From assembly GCA_035498015.1 (NCBI GenBank), contig DATKAO010000141.1:5370-69369 (forward strand): a DNA stretch of 64,000 nt, read 5' to 3'. Position numbers and translations under genes: made by a program. Position 1 is the stretch's first letter, and each line of letters begins with the position of its first letter. The notes below the pieces were generated by a model that did not search any database, had not been told where the DNA came from, and saw only the letters and a list, made by a program, of their open reading frames with translations. Of this stretch, positions 48,184 to 56,361 are shown in pieces. This DNA comes from Myxococcota bacterium (GTDB taxonomy: Bacteria > Myxococcota_A > UBA9160 > SZUA-336).

Positions 48184-49031
48184 CGGCCCTGTCGCTCGTC
48201 GACGGCCGCACGCTCGCGTGGGCGGAGTTCGGCGAGCCCACCGGGCGCCCGCTCCTCTTCTTCCACGGCACGCCGGGCTCACGCCTCGGCGCCAGCGCCC
48301 TCGACGACGTGGCACGGACACGCGGCGTGCGTGTCATTGCGCCGGACCGGCCGGGTTGCGGCAAATCGCAGCCGAAGCCCGGTCGCGCGCTGGTCGACTG
48401 GCCGGACGACGTGCGCGCGCTCGCCGACTCACTCGCCATCGATCGTTTCTCGATCGCGGGCATCTCTGGCGGCGGTCCGTATGCCGCGGTGTGTGCCTGG
48501 GCTCTTCCCGAGCGGGTGAGCGGCGCGGCGATCCTCTCGGGGATCGGACCCACCGATCACCCGGGAGCCACCCGCGACATGCTGTGGACGAATCGACTCT
48601 CGCTCTGGCTCGCGCGGCACGCGCCCCCGCTCGCGCGGGCGCTCCTCGGACTGACGCGCAGCCAGCTGCGCAACCCCGAGCGCGCGCTGACGCGCATGGC
48701 GAGCACGCTTCCCGCGCCCGATCGCGCGATCCTCGCGCAGCCGCTCCACCGCGACCGCCTGATCGCGGAGTTCCGAGAGGCCATCTCGTCCACTACCGAG
48801 GGCGCGATCGCCGACTTGCGGATCTTCGCTTCGCCTTGGGGCTTCGCGCCGGAGGAGATCCGAGTCCCTGTCCACATGTGGCACGGCGAGCTCGATCGCA
48901 ACAGCCCGATCGCGCTCGCGCGCCGGCTGGCGGCGGCGATTCCCGGCTGCCGGACGACGTTCGCTCCGGACGGCGGTCACCTGTTCCCACTGCTGCACCT
49001 GGACGAGGTGCTGAAGTCACTCGGGCTCTAG
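48180..49031 (+). CDS. alpha/beta hydrolase (proline-iminopeptidase-like, HGxPGS), probably initiating at CTG
   Basis: The conserved N-terminus LTALSLVDGRTLAWAEFGEPTGRPLLFFHGTPGSRL lies in frame upstream of the first canonical start (GTG 48309). The only candidate initiator is CTG 48180 in a CTGA overlap with the upstream stop. Nucleophile GISGGG. Confidence 0.5.
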   Translation: MTALSLVDGRTLAWAEFGEPTGRPLLFFHGTPGSRLGASALDDVARTRGVRVIAPDRPGCGKSQPKPGRALVDWPDDVRALADSLAIDRFSIAGISGGGPYAAVCAWALPERVSGAAILSGIGPTDHPGATRDMLWTNRLSLWLARHAPPLARALLGLTRSQLRNPERALTRMASTLPAPDRAILAQPLHRDRLIAEFREAISSTTEGAIADLRIFASPWGFAPEEIRVPVHMWHGELDRNSPIALARRLAAAIPGCRTTFAPDGGHLFPLLHLDEVLKSLGL

Positions 49032-49939
49032 CTCTTCACGAGGTCCCGGCAGAAGGAGCGGATCGCCCCGTTCAGCACGTCGGCGGCCTCCCACTGCAGG
49101 AAGTGACCCGCGTCGCGCACCAGGAACGGGCCGACGTGGTCGGGGAAGACGGCTGCGGCCATGCGGTCGAACTCCGGGTAGATCACGTGGTCCGAAGTGC
49201 CGAACAGGATCAGCGCGTGCGTCGGGTTGGGACCCAGCATCGGCGGCTCGCTGCGCTTCTCGGGCTTGAACACCGACTCGTAGCCGCCGAAGCCGGAGCG
49301 CAGCTTCGCGGCGTCGGCGAAGGGCTCGGTCATGAAGTCGACGGCCTCGCGCGCGAAGTGACCCGGGTGCGCCCAGAAGCGCGAGCCGTAGAAGCTCGCG
49401 ATGTAGCGCCGGCGCTCTTCGGGCGTGCCGAGCTCGCTCGCCAGCGCGTCGGCGTCGGTGCCCTGGCGCAGGAAGTAGTCGGCCGCTTCGGCGGCCGGGC
49501 GCGAGCGCAAGCCCGCCATCTTGTCCTTCAGATAGGGCAGGGGCGAGTTGAAGATCACCAGCCGCTCGACCCGCTCGGGGAAACGCAGCGAGAAGTCCTG
49601 GATCACCGCGCCGCCCAGGTCGCCGCCCACCAGCACCACCCGCCGCACGCCCAGGGCGTCGAGCAGGGCGGCCAGGTCGCGGCTGTGACTCGGCGTGTCG
49701 GCGAAGCCGTCGGGCGCGACGTCGCTCTCGCCGAAGCCCCGCAGGTCGGGCGCGATCACGCGGAAGCCCGCGGCCGCGAGCGGCGCGACGTTGCGCCACC
49801 AGATGCGCTTGGTCTCGGGCCAGCCGTGCACGAGCAGGAGCGGGAAGCCCTGGCCCTCGTCGACGGTCACCTGCCCGAAGCCGCGCGGCGACTCGCGACG
49901 AATCCGGAACCGTGCCGGATCGAGCTCGCCCTCGCTCAA
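49028..49939 (-). CDS. alpha/beta hydrolase (epoxide hydrolase / haloalkane dehalogenase-like)
   Basis: LLLVHGWPE, GGDLGG elbow. TTG start overlaps the bolA stop (TTGA). Its stop shares a CTAG with the convergent hydrolase. Confidence 0.6.
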   Translation of the reverse strand: MSEGELDPARFRIRRESPRGFGQVTVDEGQGFPLLLVHGWPETKRIWWRNVAPLAAAGFRVIAPDLRGFGESDVAPDGFADTPSHSRDLAALLDALGVRRVVLVGGDLGGAVIQDFSLRFPERVERLVIFNSPLPYLKDKMAGLRSRPAAEAADYFLRQGTDADALASELGTPEERRRYIASFYGSRFWAHPGHFAREAVDFMTEPFADAAKLRSGFGGYESVFKPEKRSEPPMLGPNPTHALILFGTSDHVIYPEFDRMAAAVFPDHVGPFLVRDAGHFLQWEAADVLNGAIRSFCRDLVKS

Positions 49940-50193
49940 GGCGCGCGCGTCTCGAGCACGTCGATCGCGTGCACCGGCGCGCCCTCGCCCTTCATCAGGT
50001 GCGCGATCGCGCCCAGCACGAGCCTCTGCTTGGCCAGCGTGTTCTTGCCCGCGAACGCGGCCGAGCTGACGCGGATCTCGAAGTGACCGCCGCTGCCGCG
50101 CACGTCGAGCGAGTCACAAAGCAGCGCCGCCTCGATGGCGGCGCGGATCTGGCCGATCACCTCGGAAGGCGGCGGGTGGATCTGCAGGGCCAA
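49936..50193 (-). CDS. BolA-family protein
   Basis: SGGHFEIRVVS...HRLV...IHAL BolA signature. Start codon uncertain (TTG 50193). Confidence 0.6.
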   Translation of the reverse strand: MALQIHPPPSEVIGQIRAAIEAALLCDSLDVRGSGGHFEIRVSSAAFAGKNTLAKQRLVLGAIAHLMKGEGAPVHAIDVLETRAP

Positions 50194-50201
50194 GGCGGGG
50201 G

Positions 50202-51134
50202 TCAGTAGCGGGGCACCGACGGGTCGATCTCACGCGACCACGCGTCGATCCCGCCGGCCAGGTTGTGGACGTTCGAGAAGCCCTGCGCCGCGAAGTGCTC
50301 GGCCGCCGCCTGGCTGCGTCCGCCGTGGTGGCAGTGGAACACGATGCGCGTGTCGCGCGGCAGCTTCTCGATCTCGGCCGCGACCTGCGGGTCGACCAGC
50401 GTCGCGCCCGCGATGCACGCCTTGCGCTGCTCTTCGGGCGTGCGCACGTCGTAGAGCCGCAGCGGCGCGCCGGAGTCGAGCAGTGCCTTCAGCTCGCGCA
50501 CGGAGAGCTGATTCACTGGGGCGGCCTTGGGGGCGTTGGGGTTGTCGACCGCCAGCGCCTTGCGGCCGCCGCCCGAGTCGACCGCGTCGATCGTGAGCCC
50601 GTCGGCGCGCTGCGCCGAGTCGTGGTCGAAGAGCAGGGTGAGTCCGTTGCTCTCGGCCGCGACCTCGTGACCCGCGCGCGGCCCGAGCGAGAGCGAGTGC
50701 TTGAAGCCGGCGTCGATCGCCACGTGCAGGTCCCCCGGCTGGCGCGCCTGCGCCTCGCGCAGGAGCTGCGCCGCGGCATCGGTCACGGTGACACGGGGCG
50801 GTGTCACCTGCGCGAGCTCGAGCCCGAGCGCCTGGTGCAGCTCGCCGCTCGCGTACATCTCCTTCACGATGTCGCAGCCGCCCTGGAACTCGCCCCCGAT
50901 GTAGAGCTGGGGGATGGTCGGCCAGTTCGAGAACTCCTTGATGCCCTCGCGCACCTCGCGATCCGAAAGCACGTCGAAGCTGCCGTAGCCGGGCAGCAGC
51001 CGGTTCAGGATCGAGACGACCTGTGCGGAGAAGCCGCACTGGGGCGCGTCCGGGTTGCCCTTCATGAACAGGACCACCCGGTCCGAGGCCACGATCGACT
51101 GGATGCGCTCGCGGAGCTGGGGAGACAGCGACAT
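50202..51134 (-). CDS. three-domain fusion protein: Grx4-type monothiol glutaredoxin (CGFS), Cys-less IscA/HesB-like domain, and rhodanese
   Basis: VVLFMKGNPDAPQCGFS (CGFS active site). Middle domain ITVTDAAA...LHVAIDAGF...LTIDAV...NPNA matches an A-type-carrier fold but lacks the three Cys. C-terminal rhodanese with CHHGGRS. AGGAAGGG RBS. Confidence 0.7.
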   Translation of the reverse strand: MSLSPQLRERIQSIVASDRVVLFMKGNPDAPQCGFSAQVVSILNRLLPGYGSFDVLSDREVREGIKEFSNWPTIPQLYIGGEFQGGCDIVKEMYASGELHQALGLELAQVTPPRVTVTDAAAQLLREAQARQPGDLHVAIDAGFKHSLSLGPRAGHEVAAESNGLTLLFDHDSAQRADGLTIDAVDSGGGRKALAVDNPNAPKAAPVNQLSVRELKALLDSGAPLRLYDVRTPEEQRKACIAGATLVDPQVAAEIEKLPRDTRIVFHCHHGGRSQAAAEHFAAQGFSNVHNLAGGIDAWSREIDPSVPRY

Positions 51135-51210
51135 CGGGAATTCCCTTCCTTGCCGGCCCGTTCGATGCCGGCCCGCGCAGTCTAATTTCGCTAACGTGCG
51201 CCGGCCAGCC

Positions 51211-51285
51211 GACCCCATCGTCTAGCCTGGCCCAGGACGTCGGCCTTTCACGCCGAGAACGCGGGTTCGAATCCCGCTGGGGTCA
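51211..51285 (+). tRNA. tRNA-Glu (anticodon TTC)
   Basis: Cloverleaf folds by eye: acceptor GACCCCA/TGGGGTC, anticodon stem TCGGC/GCCGA with loop CTTTCAC, T-arm GCGGG-TTCGAAT-CCCGC. Discriminator A, and CCA is encoded (51286-51288). Confidence 0.85.
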
Positions 51286-51288
51286 CCA

Positions 51289-51338
51289 CTTCTCCCGCCC
51301 CGGCGCCCTCGCCGGGGTCCGGGGCCAGAGGTGAGAAG
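51289..51338 (+). terminator. hairpin structure immediately 3' of tRNA-Glu (probable terminator)
   Basis: CTTCTCCCGCCCCGGCGCCCTCGCCGGGG...GAGAAG contains nested inverted repeats (CCCCGGCG/CGCCGGGG; CTTCTC/GAGAAG). Confidence 0.35.
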
Positions 51339-51434
51339 TTTCTCAGCCCCTGAGTCGATCCGCCCCCCAGGGTCACTCATGGCCGGCAATGCTTCGCTCG
51401 TGTCCGTGATCGCCGCCGCAGTCACTGCGAGCCC

Positions 51435-51851
51435 GTGTGCCGGCTCGGGCGGCGGGAGGATCTCGCCGACTCGGCGGACCTGCGGGTCGAGGTGCCCGCG
51501 GGCTGGAGCGTGACTGCGAAGCCCGTGGACGCGCGCGGCGTGCACACCTACGAGCTCCGGCCCTCCGACGGCACCAGGGAGATCGTGCTCGTGAGCGCGT
51601 TCGACGCGCACCACCAGCGCGCGCGGTCGTGGGTGGAAGGCAGCAGCCGCTCGGCGCCGACGCAATCGGTCGAGGGCACGCTCGCCGTCGAGTCCATGTG
51701 TCCGGGCAAGGACGGCGGCTACTACCGCGCGCCCGAGCCCGATGGCTACCGCTACATGACCCAGGTCGCGCTCGTGCACCTGAATCACGCGGTGACTCTG
51801 GCGTGCGACGGCGCGCCGCCGGCAGCCTCGATCAGAGTCAGCATCCGCTAG
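51435..51851 (+). CDS. hypothetical protein (138 aa); possibly the frameshifted body of a secreted protein
   Basis: Non-repetitive composition. An ATG at 51379 in the adjacent frame encodes a signal-peptide-like MAGNASLVSVIAAAVTASPCAGSGGG that runs into this ORF across a G-rich run (GGCGGCGGGAGG). Its stop shares a CTAG with the convergent GST. Confidence 0.35.
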   Translation: MCRLGRREDLADSADLRVEVPAGWSVTAKPVDARGVHTYELRPSDGTREIVLVSAFDAHHQRARSWVEGSSRSAPTQSVEGTLAVESMCPGKDGGYYRAPEPDGYRYMTQVALVHLNHAVTLACDGAPPAASIRVSIR

Positions 51852-52498
51852 GCGCGCATGCCTCCTGCCTTCGCCACCGGGTGGAGGCTGGCCTCGGCGC
51901 TCGGCCGCTTGCCGATGCGCTCGAACAGCGCGTTCACGTTCTTGAAGGCCGGATTGCGGGCCTGACCCACGCCCGCACCGAAGTCGAGCGCGCAGTACAA
52001 GCAGATGTCGGCCAGCGTGAAGCGCTTGCCGCATACCCACTCCTTGCCCGCGAGCAGGCCGTCGAGCTTCTGCAGGTAGTACTGCGACATGTTCTTCAGC
52101 CCCTGCGCGGCCTCGGGAATCGTGAACAAGCGGTCCTTGAACATTCCCAGGCCCTCGGCGAAGCGGAAGCCGTTGGCGAGCGGCTCGGTGATGCCGAACT
52201 CGATGCGCCGGATCCACATACGGGTCTCCGCGCGCTCTTCCGGCGTGGCGCCAATCAGCGCCGGCTTCGGGTTCTTCTCCTCGAGGTACTCGCAGATCGT
52301 GACCGTCTCGCCGAGCACGAAGCCGTTGTCGAGCTCGAGCGCGGGCATCTGGCCGGCCGGGTTCTTGTCGGTGTAGGGCGGCCGGCGGTTCGCACCGCCC
52401 ATGATGTCCACCTGCTCCGTCGGGAGCTGCAGGTTCTTCTCCAGCAGGAACATGCGCACCAGACGCGGGTTCGGGCCGAGCGAGTCGTAGAACTTCAA
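51848..52498 (-). CDS. glutathione S-transferase
   Basis: GGAGA lies upstream of TTG 52498, giving (M)KFYDSLGPNPRLVRMFLLEKNL..., a GST N-terminal domain. The upstream part of ORF 51848..52678 is not protein-like. Confidence 0.7.
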   Translation of the reverse strand: MKFYDSLGPNPRLVRMFLLEKNLQLPTEQVDIMGGANRRPPYTDKNPAGQMPALELDNGFVLGETVTICEYLEEKNPKPALIGATPEERAETRMWIRRIEFGITEPLANGFRFAEGLGMFKDRLFTIPEAAQGLKNMSQYYLQKLDGLLAGKEWVCGKRFTLADICLYCALDFGAGVGQARNPAFKNVNALFERIGKRPSAEASLHPVAKAGGMRA

Positions 52499-52562
52499 GG
52501 TCGTCTCCTTTGAATGGGCGCAGCGCGGCCCGCGGCTATGATACGCGCTCGGGGGTGGAATT

Positions 52563-53870
52563 TTGGACCTGGGCGCCGCGCTTCCCGTCTGGACCGTCTT
52601 GCCGTTCGCCGGCCTCTTGCTCGCCATCGCGCTCTTGCCGCTGTTCGCCGGGCACTTCTGGGAGCAGAACCGCAACAAGGCGCTGGTGGCCGCGCTGTTC
52701 TCGCTGCCCGTGGTGCTCGAGCTCGCGAGCTTCGGTCACCCGGGCCTGCACCAGCTGGTCGAGAAGGGGCAGGAGTATCTCTCGTTCATCCTGCTCCTGC
52801 TCGCGCTGTTCGTGATCACCGGCGGCATCGTGGTGCGCGGGTCACTCAGCGGCACACCGCTGGTGAATACCGGGATTTTCGGGCTGGGCGCCGTGCTCGC
52901 GAACGTGATCGGCACGACCGGCGCGTCGGTGCTCTTGATCCGCCCCGTCCTGCGCGCCAACGCGCCGCGCGAGCGCAAGGTGCACATCGTGGTGTTCTTC
53001 ATCTTCATCGTGTCCAACTGCGGCGGGCTGCTCACTCCGCTGGGTGACCCGCCGCTGTTTCTCGGCTTCCTGAAGGGCGTGCCGTTCGAGTGGACGTTCT
53101 CGCTCTGGAAGGAGTGGCTGCTCGTGAACGGCGCGCTGCTCGTGCTGTTCAACGTGTGGGACCAGCGCGTGCTCGACCAGGAGGAGCTGGAGCGCCCCGG
53201 CTCCCAGCTCGAAGAGGTCATGCACCACGCGCCGCTGCGCATCGAGGGCCTGCGCAACGCCGCGTTTCTCGCCGGCGTGGTGGCCTTGATCTTCTACGCC
53301 GGCCGCGCCGAGCTGCCCTACGGCGTGCCCCAGGCCGCCATGGCGCTGCTCGCCGTCACCGCCTATCTCGTGACTCCCGAGAGACTCCGGCGCGACAACG
53401 GCTTTACCTGGGGACCGATCGTCGAGGTGGCGGTGCTGTTCGCAGGCATCTTCGTGACCATGGCGCCGGCGCTGCTGCTCCTGAACACGCATGCCGCGAG
53501 CGTGGGCCTGCGCGAGCCCTGGCAGTTCTACTGGGCTTCGGGCCTGCTCTCGAGCTTCCTCGACAACGCGCCCACCTACCTCACGTTCTCGGCCGCGGCC
53601 GCGGGGCTGCACGGGCTCTCGCTCGAGGGCCGCTATCTCGCGGAGCTGCTCGCGCAGGGTGACTCGGGCGCGAGGCTCGTGGCGGCGATCTCCTGCGGCT
53701 CGGTCATGATGGGCGCGAACTCGTACATCGGGAACGGGCCCAACTTCATGGTGAAGGCGATCGCCGAGGAGGCCGGCGTGCGCATGCCGTCGTTCTTCGG
53801 CTACATGGCATACTCGGTGGGGATCCTGATCCCGCTGTTCGTCGTGATCACGTTCATGTTCATGCGCTGA
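52563..53870 (+). CDS. ArsB/NhaD-superfamily ion transporter (sodium:proton antiporter-like)
   Basis: About 12 TM helices. Repeated GxxxG-rich segments (FGLGAVLANVIGTTGASVLLIRP...). GGGGGTGG lies upstream of TTG 52563. Confidence 0.55.
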   Translation: MDLGAALPVWTVLPFAGLLLAIALLPLFAGHFWEQNRNKALVAALFSLPVVLELASFGHPGLHQLVEKGQEYLSFILLLLALFVITGGIVVRGSLSGTPLVNTGIFGLGAVLANVIGTTGASVLLIRPVLRANAPRERKVHIVVFFIFIVSNCGGLLTPLGDPPLFLGFLKGVPFEWTFSLWKEWLLVNGALLVLFNVWDQRVLDQEELERPGSQLEEVMHHAPLRIEGLRNAAFLAGVVALIFYAGRAELPYGVPQAAMALLAVTAYLVTPERLRRDNGFTWGPIVEVAVLFAGIFVTMAPALLLLNTHAASVGLREPWQFYWASGLLSSFLDNAPTYLTFSAAAAGLHGLSLEGRYLAELLAQGDSGARLVAAISCGSVMMGANSYIGNGPNFMVKAIAEEAGVRMPSFFGYMAYSVGILIPLFVVITFMFMR

Positions 53871-53884
53871 CCGGGAGGCCAAGG

Positions 53885-54802
53885 ATGAAGCGCTTCCTTC
53901 CGCCCAACGAGCTCGCTCGGGACTCGCGCTTCAAGCGCGCGGGCGCGCGCAACCAGCTCGTGCCATCGCTACCCGACGACGTGGACCAGGTGGTGGCGGT
54001 GCTCGAGGCGATCGCGCCGAAGATCCGCCAGCGCGTGGAGGGCACGGCGCTCGAGCAGATGTACGACGAGCTCGGCCCGGGCTTCGCCTTCCTGATGAAC
54101 GCCGTGCAGCCCAAGCCCGGCTCGCCCGACGCCGAGCGCCAGCTGCGGCTGCGCCTGCACGGCATCTACGTGGGCGAGCTGCAGGCGCTCGAGGCCGCGG
54201 GCCGCACGCTCTGGGACTTCCCCGACGCGCCCTGGGAGTTCAAGCTGAACATGGCGCGCCAGTGCTGGGACGAGACGCGCCACGTGCAGGTGTACGAGAA
54301 GCTGCTCGAGCGCGCGGGCGGCGCGGTCGGCGAGTATCCCGAGAACACTTTCCTGTTCGAGGCGTCGTGTCATGACGACCCGCTCCTGCGAGTCACCGGC
54401 GTGAACCGCTGTCTCGAGGGTCTGGCCTGCGACGTGTTCCGCCAGCTGATCGACTACGGGCACAAGACGGGCGACGAGGTGCTCGCGCAGGCCGTCGACT
54501 TCGTCCTGGCCGACGAGCTCACCCACGTGCGCTTCGGCAGTGACTGGCTGCGCGAGTGGACGAAGGGCGATCCCGAGCGCGCGCGGCGCGCGCACGAGTT
54601 CCAGCGCGAGGTCGACCGGCGCTTCACGTTCGGCGGCGCGCGCACGATCGCGCGCGAGGAGCGGCTCGAGGCCGGCTTCAGCGAGGCCGAGCTCGACGAG
54701 CTGTCGGCCACGCAGGGCGGCGGGCCGAGCCGCGAAACGCTGGTGCGGGCGGCCGAGATCGCGCGCGAGCGTCACCTGGCCAGGCGCTCGCCACAGCCCT
54801 GA
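53885..54802 (+). CDS. DUF455-like ferritin-like-superfamily protein
   Basis: GGGAGG lies 7 nt upstream of ATG. Conserved E/H-containing helices (WDETRHVQ...DELTHVRFG). Confidence 0.55.
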   Translation: MKRFLPPNELARDSRFKRAGARNQLVPSLPDDVDQVVAVLEAIAPKIRQRVEGTALEQMYDELGPGFAFLMNAVQPKPGSPDAERQLRLRLHGIYVGELQALEAAGRTLWDFPDAPWEFKLNMARQCWDETRHVQVYEKLLERAGGAVGEYPENTFLFEASCHDDPLLRVTGVNRCLEGLACDVFRQLIDYGHKTGDEVLAQAVDFVLADELTHVRFGSDWLREWTKGDPERARRAHEFQREVDRRFTFGGARTIAREERLEAGFSEAELDELSATQGGGPSRETLVRAAEIARERHLARRSPQP

Positions 54803-56202
54803 GCCGAGCCGCCCGCGTCTGGCTGACCGCGCTCCTCGCGGCGACGGCAGCCTGCGCCGTCCCTGCGCCCGTGCTCGAGACGGCCCAGGACGACGCCCAG
54901 GCCGGCGCCGAGGCGAGCCGGCAGGTCGAAGCCATGATCGGGTTCGTGCAGGACCCGAGGCTGCGCCAGTACCTGCAGTCACTCGGCGAGAAGCTGGTGC
55001 GCTTCGCGCCCGCGCAGCCGTTCGAGTACCGGTTCCAGGTCGTCGACCAGTGGAGCCCGAACGCCTTCGCGCTCCCCGGGGGACAGATCTTCGTGTCGCG
55101 CGGCCTGCTCGCGCTGACCAACTCGGAGGACGAGCTCGCGTGCGTGCTGGGGCACGAGATCACCCACGCGGCCGAGCGCCACGCCGCGAGTCAGCAGGCG
55201 TTCAGCCAGCAGCTGAGTCCCTTCTCGCTGGCGCTGCCGCGCCAGGCGATCGTGGCGAAGTACGCGCGCGATCAGGAGCGCGCGGCCGACACGGGCGGGC
55301 AGCGCATCTGCTCCGCGGCAGGATACGATCCGCGCGCGCTGTCCAGCTTCCTCGAGTCACTCGGCGGGATCGACCGGCTGCAGATGGGCGTCTCACGCAT
55401 TCCGACCTTTCTCGACAGTCACCCGGGCACCCCCGAGCGCATCGCCACCACGGCGGCCTTCGCTTCGACCCTGCCCCCGCCCGGGCCGCGCGATCCGGTG
55501 CGGGCGCGCGAGGCCTATCTGGCCCGCCTGGAAGGGCTCTTGCTCGGGGCCGACCCCAGCGAAGGCGTGATCCTGGGCTCGCGCTTCGTGCATCCCGACC
55601 TGGGCTTCTCGGTCACCTTCCCGGAGGGCTGGCGGGTGGTGAACACGGCCAGCGCGGTGGTCGCGCGCTCGCCGCGCCGCGACGCCCGCTTCGCGCTCGA
55701 GCCGGCCGGCCCGGGCAGCGACCCGCGGGCCGTGGCCGAGCCCTACCTCGCCCAGCGCGTGCAGGAGTGGCGCGCGGTGCTCGATTTCCAGGGCGCGGAG
55801 GCGACGCCCTGCTGCGCGGCGTACGTGGTGCGCGGGTCGGTCGAGTCGACGCAGGGAGTGATTGCGGGCCAGCTGGCGTGGGTCGTGCTCGCCGGCCGCG
55901 TGTATCGCCTGTCCGCCGCTTTCGTGCCCACGGCTTCCGAGAAGTACGCCGAGCGCGCGCGTCAGATGGTGCAGAGCTTCCGGCCACTCACCGACGAGGA
56001 GCGCGCCGGGATCCGAGTCAACCGCCTGCACCTGGCCCGAGCCCGCGCCGGCGAGAGCTTGGCTTCGTTCTCGGCGCGCACGGGCAACGTCTACGACGCG
56101 CAGCCGACGGCGCTCGCCAACGGGCTCGCGCCCGGCACGAGGCTGTCGGCGGGTCAGCTGCTGAAGATCGGCGTGCAGAAGACCTACGAGCCGCAGAAGT
56201 GA
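54799..56202 (+). CDS. M48-family metallopeptidase with signal peptide and C-terminal LysM-like segment, probably initiating at CTG
   Basis: HEITHAAERH zinc motif. An in-frame signal peptide (L/M)SRAARVWLTALLAATAACAVPAPV precedes the first canonical start. CTG 54799 overlaps the DUF455 stop (CTGA). The track's ATG 54556 extension is Arg-rich and overlaps DUF455 by 247 nt. Confidence 0.55.
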   Translation: MSRAARVWLTALLAATAACAVPAPVLETAQDDAQAGAEASRQVEAMIGFVQDPRLRQYLQSLGEKLVRFAPAQPFEYRFQVVDQWSPNAFALPGGQIFVSRGLLALTNSEDELACVLGHEITHAAERHAASQQAFSQQLSPFSLALPRQAIVAKYARDQERAADTGGQRICSAAGYDPRALSSFLESLGGIDRLQMGVSRIPTFLDSHPGTPERIATTAAFASTLPPPGPRDPVRAREAYLARLEGLLLGADPSEGVILGSRFVHPDLGFSVTFPEGWRVVNTASAVVARSPRRDARFALEPAGPGSDPRAVAEPYLAQRVQEWRAVLDFQGAEATPCCAAYVVRGSVESTQGVIAGQLAWVVLAGRVYRLSAAFVPTASEKYAERARQMVQSFRPLTDEERAGIRVNRLHLARARAGESLASFSARTGNVYDAQPTALANGLAPGTRLSAGQLLKIGVQKTYEPQK

Positions 56203-56220
56203 ACGACTGAGCGCGAGTCA

Positions 56221-56246
56221 CGCGGCGATTTCTGCATTTCGCCGCG
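56221..56246 (+). terminator. putative terminator hairpin downstream of the M48 peptidase gene
   Basis: CGCGGCG-ATTTCTGCATTT-CGCCGCG forms a 7-bp GC stem. No T-tract, as usual at this GC content. Confidence 0.3.
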
Positions 56247-56361
56247 GCCCTGGTTCCCTTCTCGGGTGAGGTGATTCACGCAGGTCGGATCGCGGCTGGC
56301 GCGGCCCTTGCACATCGGCGGGTGACTCGACCCACCAACCACTCACCCCAGCGAGGATTCC

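Noticed and set aside
51222-52217. 331-aa − strand ORF overlapping tRNA-Glu
   Set aside because: Covers the tRNA and is antisense to the 51435..51851 ORF; Arg/Gly-rich.
54556-54798. ATG 54556 as the start of the M48 peptidase
   Set aside because: Adds about 80 Arg-rich residues and overlaps the DUF455 gene by 247 nt. The conserved signal peptide begins at about 54799.
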